Shown here: positions 22,363-31,942 of the stretch, in pieces | How positions within the stretch are numbered: position 1 is the first letter of the stretch | Layout: every line of letters starts with the position of its first letter | Assembly: GCA_029851245.1 (NCBI GenBank) | Contig: CP099826.1 | Location: 87,688-119,687 of the forward strand | Origin: Candidatus Saccharimonadota bacterium | GTDB taxonomy: Bacteria > Bacteroidota > Bacteroidia > Flavobacteriales > Blattabacteriaceae | Direction of reading: 5' to 3' | Length of the DNA: 32,000 nt | The notes under the pieces: model-generated | Databases searched by the model: none | Told to the model about the DNA's origin: nothing | What the model saw: the letters and a program-made list of their open reading frames with translations, nothing else | Position numbers and translations under genes: made by a program

Positions 22363-22438
22363 CGGGGTGTAGCGTAGCCAGGATTATCGCGCCTGGTTTG
22401 GGACCAGGAGATCACAAGTTCAAATCTTGTCACCCCGA
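22363..22438 (+). tRNA. tRNA-Pro (anticodon TGG)
   Basis: Acceptor CGGGGTG/CACCCCG, anticodon arm CCTGG-TTTGGGA-CCAGG, T arm ACAAG-TTCAAAT-CTTGT. Confidence 0.9.
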
Positions 22439-22458
22439 TTTTTAAAAATTAATTTAAT

Positions 22459-22532
<74 letters not shown>

Positions 22533-22548
22533 TATTATTATTTAAATA

Positions 22549-22977
22549 ATGAAAAATATTATTAATAAAAAAGCTTATTATAATTATTATTTATTAGAAA
22601 AATATAATGCTGGGATGAAATTATCAGGTAAAGAAATTAAAGCAATAAGAAATAATAAAATTGATATATATAATTCATATTGTTATATATATAATAATGA
22701 AATATATATTTATAATTTGAAATTTTTTAATATTAAAAATAATAATAAAATAAAATTATTATTATTTAAAAAAGAAATAAATAAAATAAAAAATAAAATA
22801 ACAAATAATAAAAATTTAACTATTATACCAACTAAAATATTTATATCAAATACAGGGTTTGCAAAAATTGAAATATTTATTTCAAAAAGAAAAAAAAAAT
22901 ATAATAAAAAAGAAATATTTAAAAAACAAGAAAAAATAGATAAAAATAATATAAATAATATTTTAAATAAATATTAA
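22549..22977 (+). CDS. smpB: SsrA-binding protein SmpB
   Basis: INKKAYYNYYLLEKYNAGMKLSGKEIKAIRNNKIDIYNSYCYI.. / KLLLFKKEINKI / GFAKIEIFISKRKKKYNKKE is colinear with SmpB (N+KA.+.Y.+.E..EAG+.L.G.E+KS+R.. / RKLLL.K.E+ / G..K+E+.+AKGKK.+DKR). Confidence 0.85.
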   Translation: MKNIINKKAYYNYYLLEKYNAGMKLSGKEIKAIRNNKIDIYNSYCYIYNNEIYIYNLKFFNIKNNNKIKLLLFKKEINKIKNKITNNKNLTIIPTKIFISNTGFAKIEIFISKRKKKYNKKEIFKKQEKIDKNNINNILNKY

Positions 22978-23026
22978 TATATTATTATTAATATTTATTT
23001 AAAATATTAAATTTAAGTATAAATAA

Positions 23027-24118
23027 TTATTTTTTTATTTTAGTATTTATTTTTTTTTTATTTAATTGTAATTCTATAGATTTTTTATGAATTTCATCAA
23101 ATATTTTTTGTATTAATAATTCATCTAAATTTAATATTTTACATATTTCTTTATATTTGTTTTTTTGTTTTAACATTATATCTTTTTGTATAATATTTAA
23201 ATTATATTTATTTTTAATTTCTCCAATTTTATTAGAAGATATAAATCTATTTTTTAATAAATATATAATATTTTCATCTATTTCATTAATATTATTTCTA
23301 TATATATTTAAAGTATTAATATATTTTTTTTGTATTTTTTTTTTTAATAATATTTTACTTAAAATTTCTGTTAATTGTGTAGGTGTAATTTGTTGATTTG
23401 CATCACTTAATGCTTTTTTAGGATTATTATGTGTTTCTATCATTAATCCATCATATCCAAAATTAATTGCTTTTTTAGAAACTTCATATATTTTATTACT
23501 ATCTCCTGTTATATGTGAAGGATCACATAAAATTGGAATATTAGGGAATTTTTCTTTTAATTTTAAAACTTCTAACCAACATGGTTGATTTCTATATTTT
23601 TTACTTTTATATATTGAAAAACCTCTATGAATAATACCAATATTATAAATATTATTTTTTATAAATCTTTCAATTGCTCCTATCCATAATTCTATATCTA
23701 AATTTAATGGATTTTTAATTAATATTATATTTTTAGAATTTTTTAAACTATCTGATATTTCTTGTATAGTAAAAGGATTACAAGTACTTCTTGCTCCTAT
23801 CCATAATATATCAATTTTATATTTTAATGCTAATTTTACATGATTTTTATTAGCTACTTCTGTAGCTAATAATAAATTATATTTTTTTTTAGCTTTTACC
23901 ATCCATTTTAAACCTTCTTCTTCTTTACCTTCAAACATACCTGGTTTAGTTCTAGGTTTCCAGATACCAGCTCTAAATACTTCTACATAGGATTTATTTA
24001 AATCTTTTGCAATATTTAAAACTTGTTTTTCATTTTCTGCACTACATGGGCCAGAAATAATTAATGGATATGAAAATTTTTTTATCCAATTATTATTAAT
24101 TTTTTTAATATTTTTCAT
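23027..24118 (-). CDS. Bifunctional 3-deoxy-7-phosphoheptulonate (DAHP) synthase (type I-beta) / chorismate mutase (C-terminal AroQ domain)
   Basis: LIISGPCSAE, FRAGIWKPRTKPGMFEG, LWIGARS, CDPSHITG, GLMIETHNNPKKALSDANQQ, then a C-terminal ~90-aa helical domain INEIDENIIYLLKNRFISSNKIGEIK... Confidence 0.9.
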   Translation of the reverse strand: MKNIKKINNNWIKKFSYPLIISGPCSAENEKQVLNIAKDLNKSYVEVFRAGIWKPRTKPGMFEGKEEEGLKWMVKAKKKYNLLLATEVANKNHVKLALKYKIDILWIGARSTCNPFTIQEISDSLKNSKNIILIKNPLNLDIELWIGAIERFIKNNIYNIGIIHRGFSIYKSKKYRNQPCWLEVLKLKEKFPNIPILCDPSHITGDSNKIYEVSKKAINFGYDGLMIETHNNPKKALSDANQQITPTQLTEILSKILLKKKIQKKYINTLNIYRNNINEIDENIIYLLKNRFISSNKIGEIKNKYNLNIIQKDIMLKQKNKYKEICKILNLDELLIQKIFDEIHKKSIELQLNKKKINTKIKK

Positions 24119-24165
24119 ATTATATTAATATATTAAATATATAATTTATATTAAATATATAAATT

Positions 24166-24606
24166 TTATTTTAAATAATCAATTATTAATTTACCATTTA
24201 TATGATCATATTCATGTTGAAATATAATAGATAGAAAATTATTTAATATTTTATATTTTTTTTTCCAATTAATATTATAATATTTAACTTTTATTATTTT
24301 TTTTCTAATTATTTTAATCTTTAATCTAGGGAGACTTAAACAACTTTCTTTACTAATTATATTTTTTTTACTATATTTAATAATTTTAGGATTTATATAA
24401 GTTTCTTTTATATTATTAATACCAATAATAAATAATTTAATATTTTTACCTATTTGTGGAGCTGCTAAACCAATACCATTATTATAATACATTGTATCAA
24501 ACATATTATTAATTATAGAATTAATGTTTTTATATTTTTTTATATTTTTATTTATTTTTCTTAATTTTGAATTTTCATTTTTATATATTAATATTGGTAA
24601 TATCAT
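24166..24606 (-). CDS. def: Peptide deformylase
   Basis: All three PDF motifs are present: GIGLAAPQIG, ESCLSLP (EGCLS), QHEYDHINGKL (HExxH). Confidence 0.9.
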   Translation of the reverse strand: MILPILIYKNENSKLRKINKNIKKYKNINSIINNMFDTMYYNNGIGLAAPQIGKNIKLFIIGINNIKETYINPKIIKYSKKNIISKESCLSLPRLKIKIIRKKIIKVKYYNINWKKKYKILNNFLSIIFQHEYDHINGKLIIDYLK

Positions 24607-24659
24607 AATATTATAAATAATTATTTAATATTTATTATAATAATAATATTTTTAAAATT

Positions 24660-26078
24660 ATGAATAAAAAGCTAATATTAAATAATAAAATATTTATAAA
24701 TATTTCAAAAATTAGTGATAAATTGAAATATAAAACTTATTTAATAGGAGGATATGTTAGAAATTTATTATTATTTAATATTATTTCTTATGATATAGAT
24801 ATTGTAACTACAGGTGATAGTTTTTTATTAGCTAAATATTTTTCTAAAAAAATAATTACTAATAAAATTTTTTTTTTTAAAAGATATAAAACAGCTATTA
24901 TTAAATATAATAATTATAATATAGAATTTGTGAGTACTAGAAAAGAATATTATAATATTTATAATAATAAACCAAAAATAAAAATTTTAAATTCTATTAT
25001 TGATGATCAAAAAAGAAGAGATTTTACAATAAATTCTATTGCAATATGTTTAAATAAAAAAAATTTTTTAAAAATTATTGATAAATATAATGGAATAAAA
25101 GATTTAAAAAATAAAATTATTAGAACTCCTATAAATCCTAATATTACATTTTATGAAGATCCTTTAAGAATGATAAGAGCTATAAGATTTTCTACACAAT
25201 TAAATTTTAATATTAATAAAAAAATTAAAATTTCTATTATTAATAATATAGATAGAATTAGAATAATACCAATTGAAAGAATAGTACAAGAATTTAATAA
25301 AATATTATTATCAAAAAAACCTTCAATAGGATTAAAATTATTATTAAAATATGGATTTTTATCAATTATTTTACCAGAATTATTAGCAATAAATAAAATT
25401 AATAATATTAATAATTTAATATATAAAAAAAATTTTAAAAATATATTATCTATTATAGATAATATTAATACTAATAATATATGGTTAAAATGGGCAATCT
25501 TATTAAAAGATATTGGAAAACCAATATCTAAAAAATATATAAAAAATAAAAAATTTACTTTTAAATATAATGAAATAATAGCATCTAATATGATACCTAA
25601 TATATTTCATAGATTAAAATTACCAATGAAAAATAATATGAAATATGTACAAAATATTATAAAATATAATAATATTTTAATTAAATTATCTAAAAAAAAT
25701 ATTAATAGTAATATAATAAAAAAATATATATTTAAAATTGGATATAATAATATTAAAGATATATTTAAATTAGAAAATTCATATATAAATAATGTAATAA
25801 ATAATAAAAATAAAAAAAAATTAAAAAATAATATTATTAATATTTTTAAAAAAATTAAAAATATTAATAAAAAAAAAAATATAAATAATATAAAATTATC
25901 AATTAATGGTAATAATATAATGAAAATTTTTAATATTAAAAAAGGGGAAAAAGTAGGAATAATTAAAAAATATTTATTTAATTTAATATTTTATGAAAAA
26001 ATTAAAAATAATTATAAAGATATATATAAATTTATAAAAAAAAAATATAATAAATTAAAATTAAAATTTAATTTATAA
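24660..26078 (+). CDS. cca: tRNA nucleotidyltransferase (CCA-adding enzyme family, class II, with a C-terminal HD-like region)
   Basis: YLIGGYVRNLLL, DIDIVT, RRDFTINSIA, FYEDPLRMIRAIRFSTQL. Confidence 0.8.
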   Translation: MNKKLILNNKIFINISKISDKLKYKTYLIGGYVRNLLLFNIISYDIDIVTTGDSFLLAKYFSKKIITNKIFFFKRYKTAIIKYNNYNIEFVSTRKEYYNIYNNKPKIKILNSIIDDQKRRDFTINSIAICLNKKNFLKIIDKYNGIKDLKNKIIRTPINPNITFYEDPLRMIRAIRFSTQLNFNINKKIKISIINNIDRIRIIPIERIVQEFNKILLSKKPSIGLKLLLKYGFLSIILPELLAINKINNINNLIYKKNFKNILSIIDNINTNNIWLKWAILLKDIGKPISKKYIKNKKFTFKYNEIIASNMIPNIFHRLKLPMKNNMKYVQNIIKYNNILIKLSKKNINSNIIKKYIFKIGYNNIKDIFKLENSYINNVINNKNKKKLKNNIINIFKKIKNINKKKNINNIKLSINGNNIMKIFNIKKGEKVGIIKKYLFNLIFYEKIKNNYKDIYKFIKKKYNKLKLKFNL

Positions 26079-26084
26079 TTTTAA

Positions 26085-27737
26085 ATGAAAATAAATTTTT
26101 TATCTAAAAAGATTTTAAAAAAAATATTATTAATAAATACAATTAATAATTATTATTCAATAATTAAAGAATTAATAGAAAATTCAATAGATGCAAATTC
26201 CAAAAATATTAAACTTTATTTAAATAAAAATTTAAATATTACTGTAATTGATGACGGTATTGGTATGACATATAATAATGCTATTATTTGTTTTTATAAA
26301 GGTACTACATCTAAAATAAAAAATGAAGTTGATTTATATAATAGAAAATATATTGGATATAAAGGAAATGCTTTATATTGTATATCTAATATTTCTATAA
26401 TGGAAATTATAACTAAAACTAAAAATTGTAAAATAGGAATAAATATTATAATAAAGTATGGTAAAATAGTAAAAAAAATATTATGTTTTTGTAAAAATGG
26501 TAGTGTTTTTAAAATAAAAAATATATTAATTAATAATAATAAAATATTATTTAATAAAAATAAAAAAGAATATAATAAAATATTAAATATTTTATATAAA
26601 ATTATATTATGTTATAATAAAATTAATTTTTATTTTTATTATAATAAAAAAAAAATTTTAATAATTAAAAATAATAATTTTTTATATAGAATATATAATA
26701 TTTTTTTTAATAAAATTAAATATTATAATAATTTATTAATTTATTATTATAAAAAATATAAGAATATAAAAATAAAAATTATTATTTTAAATCCAAAATA
26801 TAATAAATATTTTAAAAAAAAAAATTATAAATTTATATTTATAAATAAAAAATATATTAATAATGAAGAATTTTATAATATAATAAATTTATATTTATTA
26901 AAGTATATAAATAAATATAAAATTAATTATTTTTTATTTATTAAAATTATAAATAATAATATTATTTATAATATAATTGATGATAAAATATTTTTTAATT
27001 ATAATAATTATAAAAATAATAATTTTATAATTAAAAAAATTAAAAAATTTATTAAAAAATTTATTAATAAAATATATTTTATTAATAAAAAAAAAATAAA
27101 TTTTTATTTTAATATTAAAAAAAAATTATTTTATAAAAAAAAGAAAAAAAATATAAATAAAAATATAAAATATATAAAAAATTATTTTTTTAATTTAAAA
27201 TATATAAATAAAATAGATTTTATATATAAAAATAAAAAATATATTTTATTAATATATAATAATAAAAAATTTATTTTAAATTTTAAAAAAATAAATAATA
27301 TTATTACATATAATTATTTAAAATATTATAATTATAATAAAATTTTTTATTTTAAACAATTATTAATATTACCATTAATTATAAAAATTCCTTATTATAT
27401 TAATTATAAAAATTATAAAATTATAAAATTATTAATTATAAAGAAAATTAATAATTTTATAAAAATAAAAATTAAAAATAAATTATTATTTATATATTAT
27501 ATACCTATTAATTTAAATAAAAAAGATATTATAAAAATATTTAATAAATTTTTTTTATTATTAAAAAATAAAAAAAAAATTAATATAATTAATATTATAT
27601 TAAAATATTATATTAATAATAATATTATTAATAAAAATATTTATTTTAAAATTAATATTTATAATATTAAAAATTATTTATTTAAAATATTAAATAATAA
27701 GAAATATTATTTATTTATAAATATAAAAAAAATATAA
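26085..27737 (+). CDS. mutL: DNA mismatch repair protein MutL (conserved GHKL ATPase N-domain; highly degenerate C-terminal half)
   Basis: IIKELIENSIDA, VIDDGIGM, TSKI, GYKGNALYCISNIS. The C-terminal ~350 aa are almost pure K/N/I/Y/F. Confidence 0.75.
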   Translation: MKINFLSKKILKKILLINTINNYYSIIKELIENSIDANSKNIKLYLNKNLNITVIDDGIGMTYNNAIICFYKGTTSKIKNEVDLYNRKYIGYKGNALYCISNISIMEIITKTKNCKIGINIIIKYGKIVKKILCFCKNGSVFKIKNILINNNKILFNKNKKEYNKILNILYKIILCYNKINFYFYYNKKKILIIKNNNFLYRIYNIFFNKIKYYNNLLIYYYKKYKNIKIKIIILNPKYNKYFKKKNYKFIFINKKYINNEEFYNIINLYLLKYINKYKINYFLFIKIINNNIIYNIIDDKIFFNYNNYKNNNFIIKKIKKFIKKFINKIYFINKKKINFYFNIKKKLFYKKKKKNINKNIKYIKNYFFNLKYINKIDFIYKNKKYILLIYNNKKFILNFKKINNIITYNYLKYYNYNKIFYFKQLLILPLIIKIPYYINYKNYKIIKLLIIKKINNFIKIKIKNKLLFIYYIPINLNKKDIIKIFNKFFLLLKNKKKINIINIILKYYINNNIINKNIYFKINIYNIKNYLFKILNNKKYYLFINIKKI

Positions 27738-27759
27738 ATTAATATTTACAATTAAAATA

Positions 27760-27832
27760 GGTAGATGACTGGATTTGAACCAGCATACTTCAGAACCACA
27801 ATCTGATGCTTTACCATTAAGCTACATCTACC
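27760..27832 (-). tRNA. tRNA-His (anticodon GTG) with a genomically encoded G-1
   Basis: Reverse strand: G(-1)-GTAGATG..TCAGA-TTGTGGT-TCTGA..GCTGG-TTCAAAT-CCAGT-CATCTAC-C73. The G-1:C73 pair is typical of bacterial tRNA-His. Confidence 0.9.
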
Positions 27833-27840
27833 ATTAAATA

Positions 27841-27860
27841 TATAATATAATATAATATAA
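27841..27860. repeat. (TATAA)x4 microsatellite in the tRNA-His / aspS divergent spacer
   Basis: TATAATATAATATAATATAA read directly from the sequence. It creates several overlapping TATAAT hexamers. Confidence 0.7.
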
Positions 27861-27906
27861 TATATATAATAATAATATTAATAAAAATTTAAATTAAAAT
27901 AAAAAA

Positions 27907-29598
27907 ATGTATAGAACACATAATTGTGGAGAATTAAATATATTAGATATTAATAAAAAAGTAATATTATCAGGATGGGTACATAATATTAGAATATTAA
28001 AAAAATATATATTTATAGATTTAAGAGATTATTATGGAATTACTAAATTATTTATAAAAAAGAAATATTATTTATTTAAAATAAATAATGAATATTTAAT
28101 AAGAATTAAAGGAATAGTAAAGAAAAAAAATAAAAATAATATAGAAGTACATGTATATAAAATAAATATAATAAATAAATCTAAAATATTACCTTTTAAT
28201 ATTAATAGTAATGGAATACCAAAGGTAAGTAAAAAATTAAGATTAAAATATAGATATTTAGATATTAGAAGAAAAGTAATAAAAGATAATTTAATTAAAA
28301 GATCTAATATAATTAATAAAATAAGACAATATTTTTTAAAAAAAAAATTTATAGAACTTGAAACTCCATTATTAGTAAACAATACTATTGAAGGTGCTAG
28401 AAATTTTATAATACCTTCAAGGAATTTTAAAGGTAAATTTTATTCATTACCACAATCTCCTCAAATTTTTAAACAATTATTAATGATTGGTGGAATTGAT
28501 AAATATTTTCAAATTGCAAAATGTTTTAGAGATGAAGATCTTAGAAAAGATAGACAAACAGAATTTTTACAATTAGATATAGAAATTTCTTTTATTAATA
28601 AAATAAAAAATATTATTAAATTAATAGAAAAATTTATAAAATATATATTTAAAAAATTTTATAATCAAAGAATTATAAGATTTAAAAAAATAAAATATAA
28701 TAAAGCTATTAAAAAATATAATACAGATAAACCAAATTTAATAAATAAAATATATAATATAAATATAAAAATTAAAAAAATAAAAAAAAAATATAATATA
28801 TTAAGTTTTATATTACCTAATTTTTTAAATATAAAAAATTTTAAAATTAATAAAATAATAAAAATAATAAATATAATATTTAAAAAAAAATATAAAAAAA
28901 TATTAATTATAAATAATAAGAATAAATATAATAATAATTTTAAAAAAAAAAAAATATTAAATATAATAAAAAAAAAATTTTTTTCAGAATATGATATATT
29001 AATAATTATAATATATAATAATAATTTAAAAATAAATAAAAATAAAATATTTGATAAAATTAATAAATTATTATATAATGAAGCAATATATAAAAAAAAT
29101 ATATTAATTCCAATATGGATAATTAATTTTCCTTTATTTAAATATAATATAAAAAATAAAAAATATTATTCATATCATCATCCATTTACATGTCCAATAA
29201 TTAATAATAATAAATTATCATATAAAAATTATTCTAAATCCTATGATTTAGTAATAAATGGAATAGAAATTGCTAGTGGTTCTATAAGAATTAATAATTA
29301 TAAATTACAAAAAAAAATTTTTAATTTATTAAAAATTAAAAAAGAAAATATTAATAAAAATTTTAAATTTTTTTTAAATGCATTAAAATATGGTGTACCT
29401 CCTCATGGAGGAATAGGAATTGGAATAGATAGATTAATATTATTATTATTAAATAAAAAAGATATTAAAAATTTAATACCTTTTCCTAAAAATTATTATA
29501 ATAAAGATATTATGTTAAATAGTCCTTCAAAAATAAATAATAATTATTTATTTAAATTAGGGATTAAAATAATAAAAAAAAACAAAATTTATAAATAA
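27907..29598 (+). CDS. aspS: Aspartyl-tRNA synthetase (bacterial type, with a degenerate insertion domain)
   Basis: MYRTHNCGEL, SGWVHNIR, LRLKYRYLDIRR, FIELETPLL, SPQIFKQLLMIGGIDKYFQIAKCFRDEDLRKDRQTEFLQLDIE, GSIRI, GVPPHGGIGIGIDRLILLL, IPFPKN. Confidence 0.92.
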   Translation: MYRTHNCGELNILDINKKVILSGWVHNIRILKKYIFIDLRDYYGITKLFIKKKYYLFKINNEYLIRIKGIVKKKNKNNIEVHVYKINIINKSKILPFNINSNGIPKVSKKLRLKYRYLDIRRKVIKDNLIKRSNIINKIRQYFLKKKFIELETPLLVNNTIEGARNFIIPSRNFKGKFYSLPQSPQIFKQLLMIGGIDKYFQIAKCFRDEDLRKDRQTEFLQLDIEISFINKIKNIIKLIEKFIKYIFKKFYNQRIIRFKKIKYNKAIKKYNTDKPNLINKIYNINIKIKKIKKKYNILSFILPNFLNIKNFKINKIIKIINIIFKKKYKKILIINNKNKYNNNFKKKKILNIIKKKFFSEYDILIIIIYNNNLKINKNKIFDKINKLLYNEAIYKKNILIPIWIINFPLFKYNIKNKKYYSYHHPFTCPIINNNKLSYKNYSKSYDLVINGIEIASGSIRINNYKLQKKIFNLLKIKKENINKNFKFFLNALKYGVPPHGGIGIGIDRLILLLLNKKDIKNLIPFPKNYYNKDIMLNSPSKINNNYLFKLGIKIIKKNKIYK

Positions 29599-29841
29599 AT
29601 GATTATAAAAAATAATAAATATAAAAAATATAAATATTATATTAATAAAATAATATTATTAACAAAAAGAATTTATAATCTTAATAAACATTTAAAAAAA
29701 AATAAAAAAGATTATAAAACTGAAAGAATTTTAATTAAAATTGTATATAAAAAAAAAAATATATTAAAGTATATAAAAAAAAAATATATTAACTTGTATT
29801 ATTTAATTATTAAAAAATTAAATATTAAAATTAAAAAATAA
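29599..29841 (+). CDS. rpsO: 30S ribosomal protein S15
   Basis: 80 aa. ..LLTKRIYNLNKHLKKNKKDYKTERILIKIVYKKKNILKYIKKK..YYLIIKKLNI is colinear with S15 (LT.+I..L..H...HKKDHHSRRGLL.MV..RR.LL.YL...D..RY..LI..LG+). It sits directly upstream of pnp (conserved rpsO-pnp pair). Confidence 0.75.
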   Translation: MIIKNNKYKKYKYYINKIILLTKRIYNLNKHLKKNKKDYKTERILIKIVYKKKNILKYIKKKYINLYYLIIKKLNIKIKK

Positions 29842-31934
29842 TGTACAAATATAAATTAATAAAACAAAAAATGTTATTAAATAATAACAGATATATAACG
29901 ATAGAGACCGGACAAATTGCTAATCAAAGTAATTCTTCTATAATATTAAAAATGGAAAATACTATATTATTATCTACAGTAGTATTCGGAAAAGTTAATA
30001 AAGAAAATATAGATTTTGTACCTTTAACAATAGATTATAGAGAAAAATTTTTTGCAGGTGGTAAAATACCAGGTGGGTTTATTAAAAGAGAAGGTAAACC
30101 TTCTGAACAAGAAATATTAACTATGAGATTAGTAGATAGATTAATTAGACCTTTATTACCAAAAAATTTAATTAATGAAATACAAATAATGATAACATTA
30201 TTATCATATGATTCTAAAGTATTACCAGATGGATTAGTAGGATTAGCAACTTCTTCAGCTTTATTAATTTCTGGAATACCATATTATGGACCAGTTTCAC
30301 AAATTAAATTAGCAAGAATAAATAAAAAATTTATTGTTAATCCAAGTATAAAAGAAATAAAAAAATCTGATATAAATTTAATTATAGGAGGATCTAAAAA
30401 TTCTATATATATGATAGATGGAGAAATGAAAGAAATTAGTAATAAGGATTTTTATAAAATTATAGATTTTTCCCATAAAATTATAATTAAACAAATAAAT
30501 TTTCAAAATTTATTTTTAAAAAAAATTAATAAATATTTAATAATTAAAAAAATAAAATTAATAAATATTAATAATAATAAAATTAAAAAAAAAATTAAAA
30601 ATTTTGTATATAAAAGATTATATAAAATTTCAAAAAAATATAAAAAAAAAAAAGATAGAAATAATAGATATTTAATATTATATAATAAAATTTATAATAA
30701 ATTAATAAATATTAATAATGATTATTTAATTAATAAATATTTTTTGTATTATAAAAAAAAAATTATAAGACAATTAATAATAAAAAAAAAATATAGATTA
30801 GATGGTAGAAAATATAATAATATTAGAAATATATGGGGAATTATTAATTATTTACCAAATGTACATGGTTCTATATTATTTACTAGAGGTGAAACACAAT
30901 GTTTAACAACAGTAACTTTAGGAACTTCTTTAGATGTAAATAAAATTTATAATATTATTATAGAAGATAATGAAAAATTTTATTTACATTATAATTTTCC
31001 ACCTTATTCAATTGGTGAAATAAAAAAAATAGTAGGTATATCAAGAAGAGAAATAGGTCATGGAGCATTAGCTAAAAAATCTTTAATTAATATAATAAAT
31101 GATAATATACCTTATACAATTAGAATTGTATCTGATATATTAGAATCTAATGGTTCATCATCTATGGCAACAGTATGTGCTTCTTCATTAGCATTAATGG
31201 ATTCTGGTATAAAAATAAAAAATCTTGTAGCTGGTATATCTTTTGGAATAATTATTAATAAAAAGAAAAAAATTATATTATATGATATTTTAGGTGAAGA
31301 AGATAATTATGGAGATATGGATTTTAAAATTACTAGAACTAAAAAAGGAATTACATCTTGTCAAATGGATATTAAAAATATAAATTTTTCAATAAATAAT
31401 ATTTTATATAAAATTTTAAAAAAATCTGAAAAATGTATATTAATAATTTTAAATAAAATGAATAAAATATTATCTAATTCTAGACAAATTATTAAATCAA
31501 CTGCACCTAAATTTACTATTATTAAAATACCTAAAAAATATATAGGTATTATTATAGGAAGTGGTGGTAAAAATATTCAAGAAATACAATCAAATACTAA
31601 TACTAATATAATTATAAAAGAAAATAAAAAAGAAGGAATAATAGAAATATTTGGTAAAAAAAAAGATAATATAGAAAAAGTAATAAAAATTATTAAAAAT
31701 ATTATTTTTATACCTAAAAAAGGATATATATATAATGCAAAAATAAAAAGTATAAAATGGTTTGGTATATTTGTTGAAATTTCAAAAGGTATTGAAGGAT
31801 TATTACATACTTCTGAATTAATTATTAAAAATAAAAAAATTAAAAATCTTTATAAAGTAGGAAGTTATATTAAAGTAAAATATTTAGGAAAAAATAAAAA
31901 AACAGGTAAAATACAATTATCTAGTAAAATATAG
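29841..31934 (+). CDS. pnp: Polyribonucleotide nucleotidyltransferase (PNPase)
   Basis: FVPLTIDYREKFFAGGKIPGGFIKREGKPSEQEILTMRLVDRLIRP, RLDGRK..IR, HGSILFTRGETQ, SNGSSSMATVCASSLALMDSG, GDMDFK, KH GXXG (IIGSGGKNIQ), S1 domain (FGIFVEISKGIEGLLHTSEL). It is the only CDS here ending in TAG. Confidence 0.95.
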   Translation: MYKYKLIKQKMLLNNNRYITIETGQIANQSNSSIILKMENTILLSTVVFGKVNKENIDFVPLTIDYREKFFAGGKIPGGFIKREGKPSEQEILTMRLVDRLIRPLLPKNLINEIQIMITLLSYDSKVLPDGLVGLATSSALLISGIPYYGPVSQIKLARINKKFIVNPSIKEIKKSDINLIIGGSKNSIYMIDGEMKEISNKDFYKIIDFSHKIIIKQINFQNLFLKKINKYLIIKKIKLININNNKIKKKIKNFVYKRLYKISKKYKKKKDRNNRYLILYNKIYNKLININNDYLINKYFLYYKKKIIRQLIIKKKYRLDGRKYNNIRNIWGIINYLPNVHGSILFTRGETQCLTTVTLGTSLDVNKIYNIIIEDNEKFYLHYNFPPYSIGEIKKIVGISRREIGHGALAKKSLINIINDNIPYTIRIVSDILESNGSSSMATVCASSLALMDSGIKIKNLVAGISFGIIINKKKKIILYDILGEEDNYGDMDFKITRTKKGITSCQMDIKNINFSINNILYKILKKSEKCILIILNKMNKILSNSRQIIKSTAPKFTIIKIPKKYIGIIIGSGGKNIQEIQSNTNTNIIIKENKKEGIIEIFGKKKDNIEKVIKIIKNIIFIPKKGYIYNAKIKSIKWFGIFVEISKGIEGLLHTSELIIKNKKIKNLYKVGSYIKVKYLGKNKKTGKIQLSSKI

Positions 31935-31942
31935 TAAAAAAT

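Noticed and set aside
22989-23009. 8-bp all-A/T hairpin (TAATATTT-attta-AAATATTA) between the convergent smpB and DAHP synthase genes, as a possible terminator
   Set aside because: The stem is entirely A:T and very weak. Similar inverted repeats are abundant by chance in this sequence.
23157-23396. 79-aa ORF on the + strand
   Set aside because: It is antisense to the well-supported DAHP synthase/chorismate mutase CDS. It is a low-complexity F/I/L peptide with no motifs.
28068-28382. 104-aa ORF on the - strand
   Set aside because: It is antisense to aspS. It is a low-complexity F/L/I peptide, which is the expected mirror image of a K/N/I-rich sense frame.
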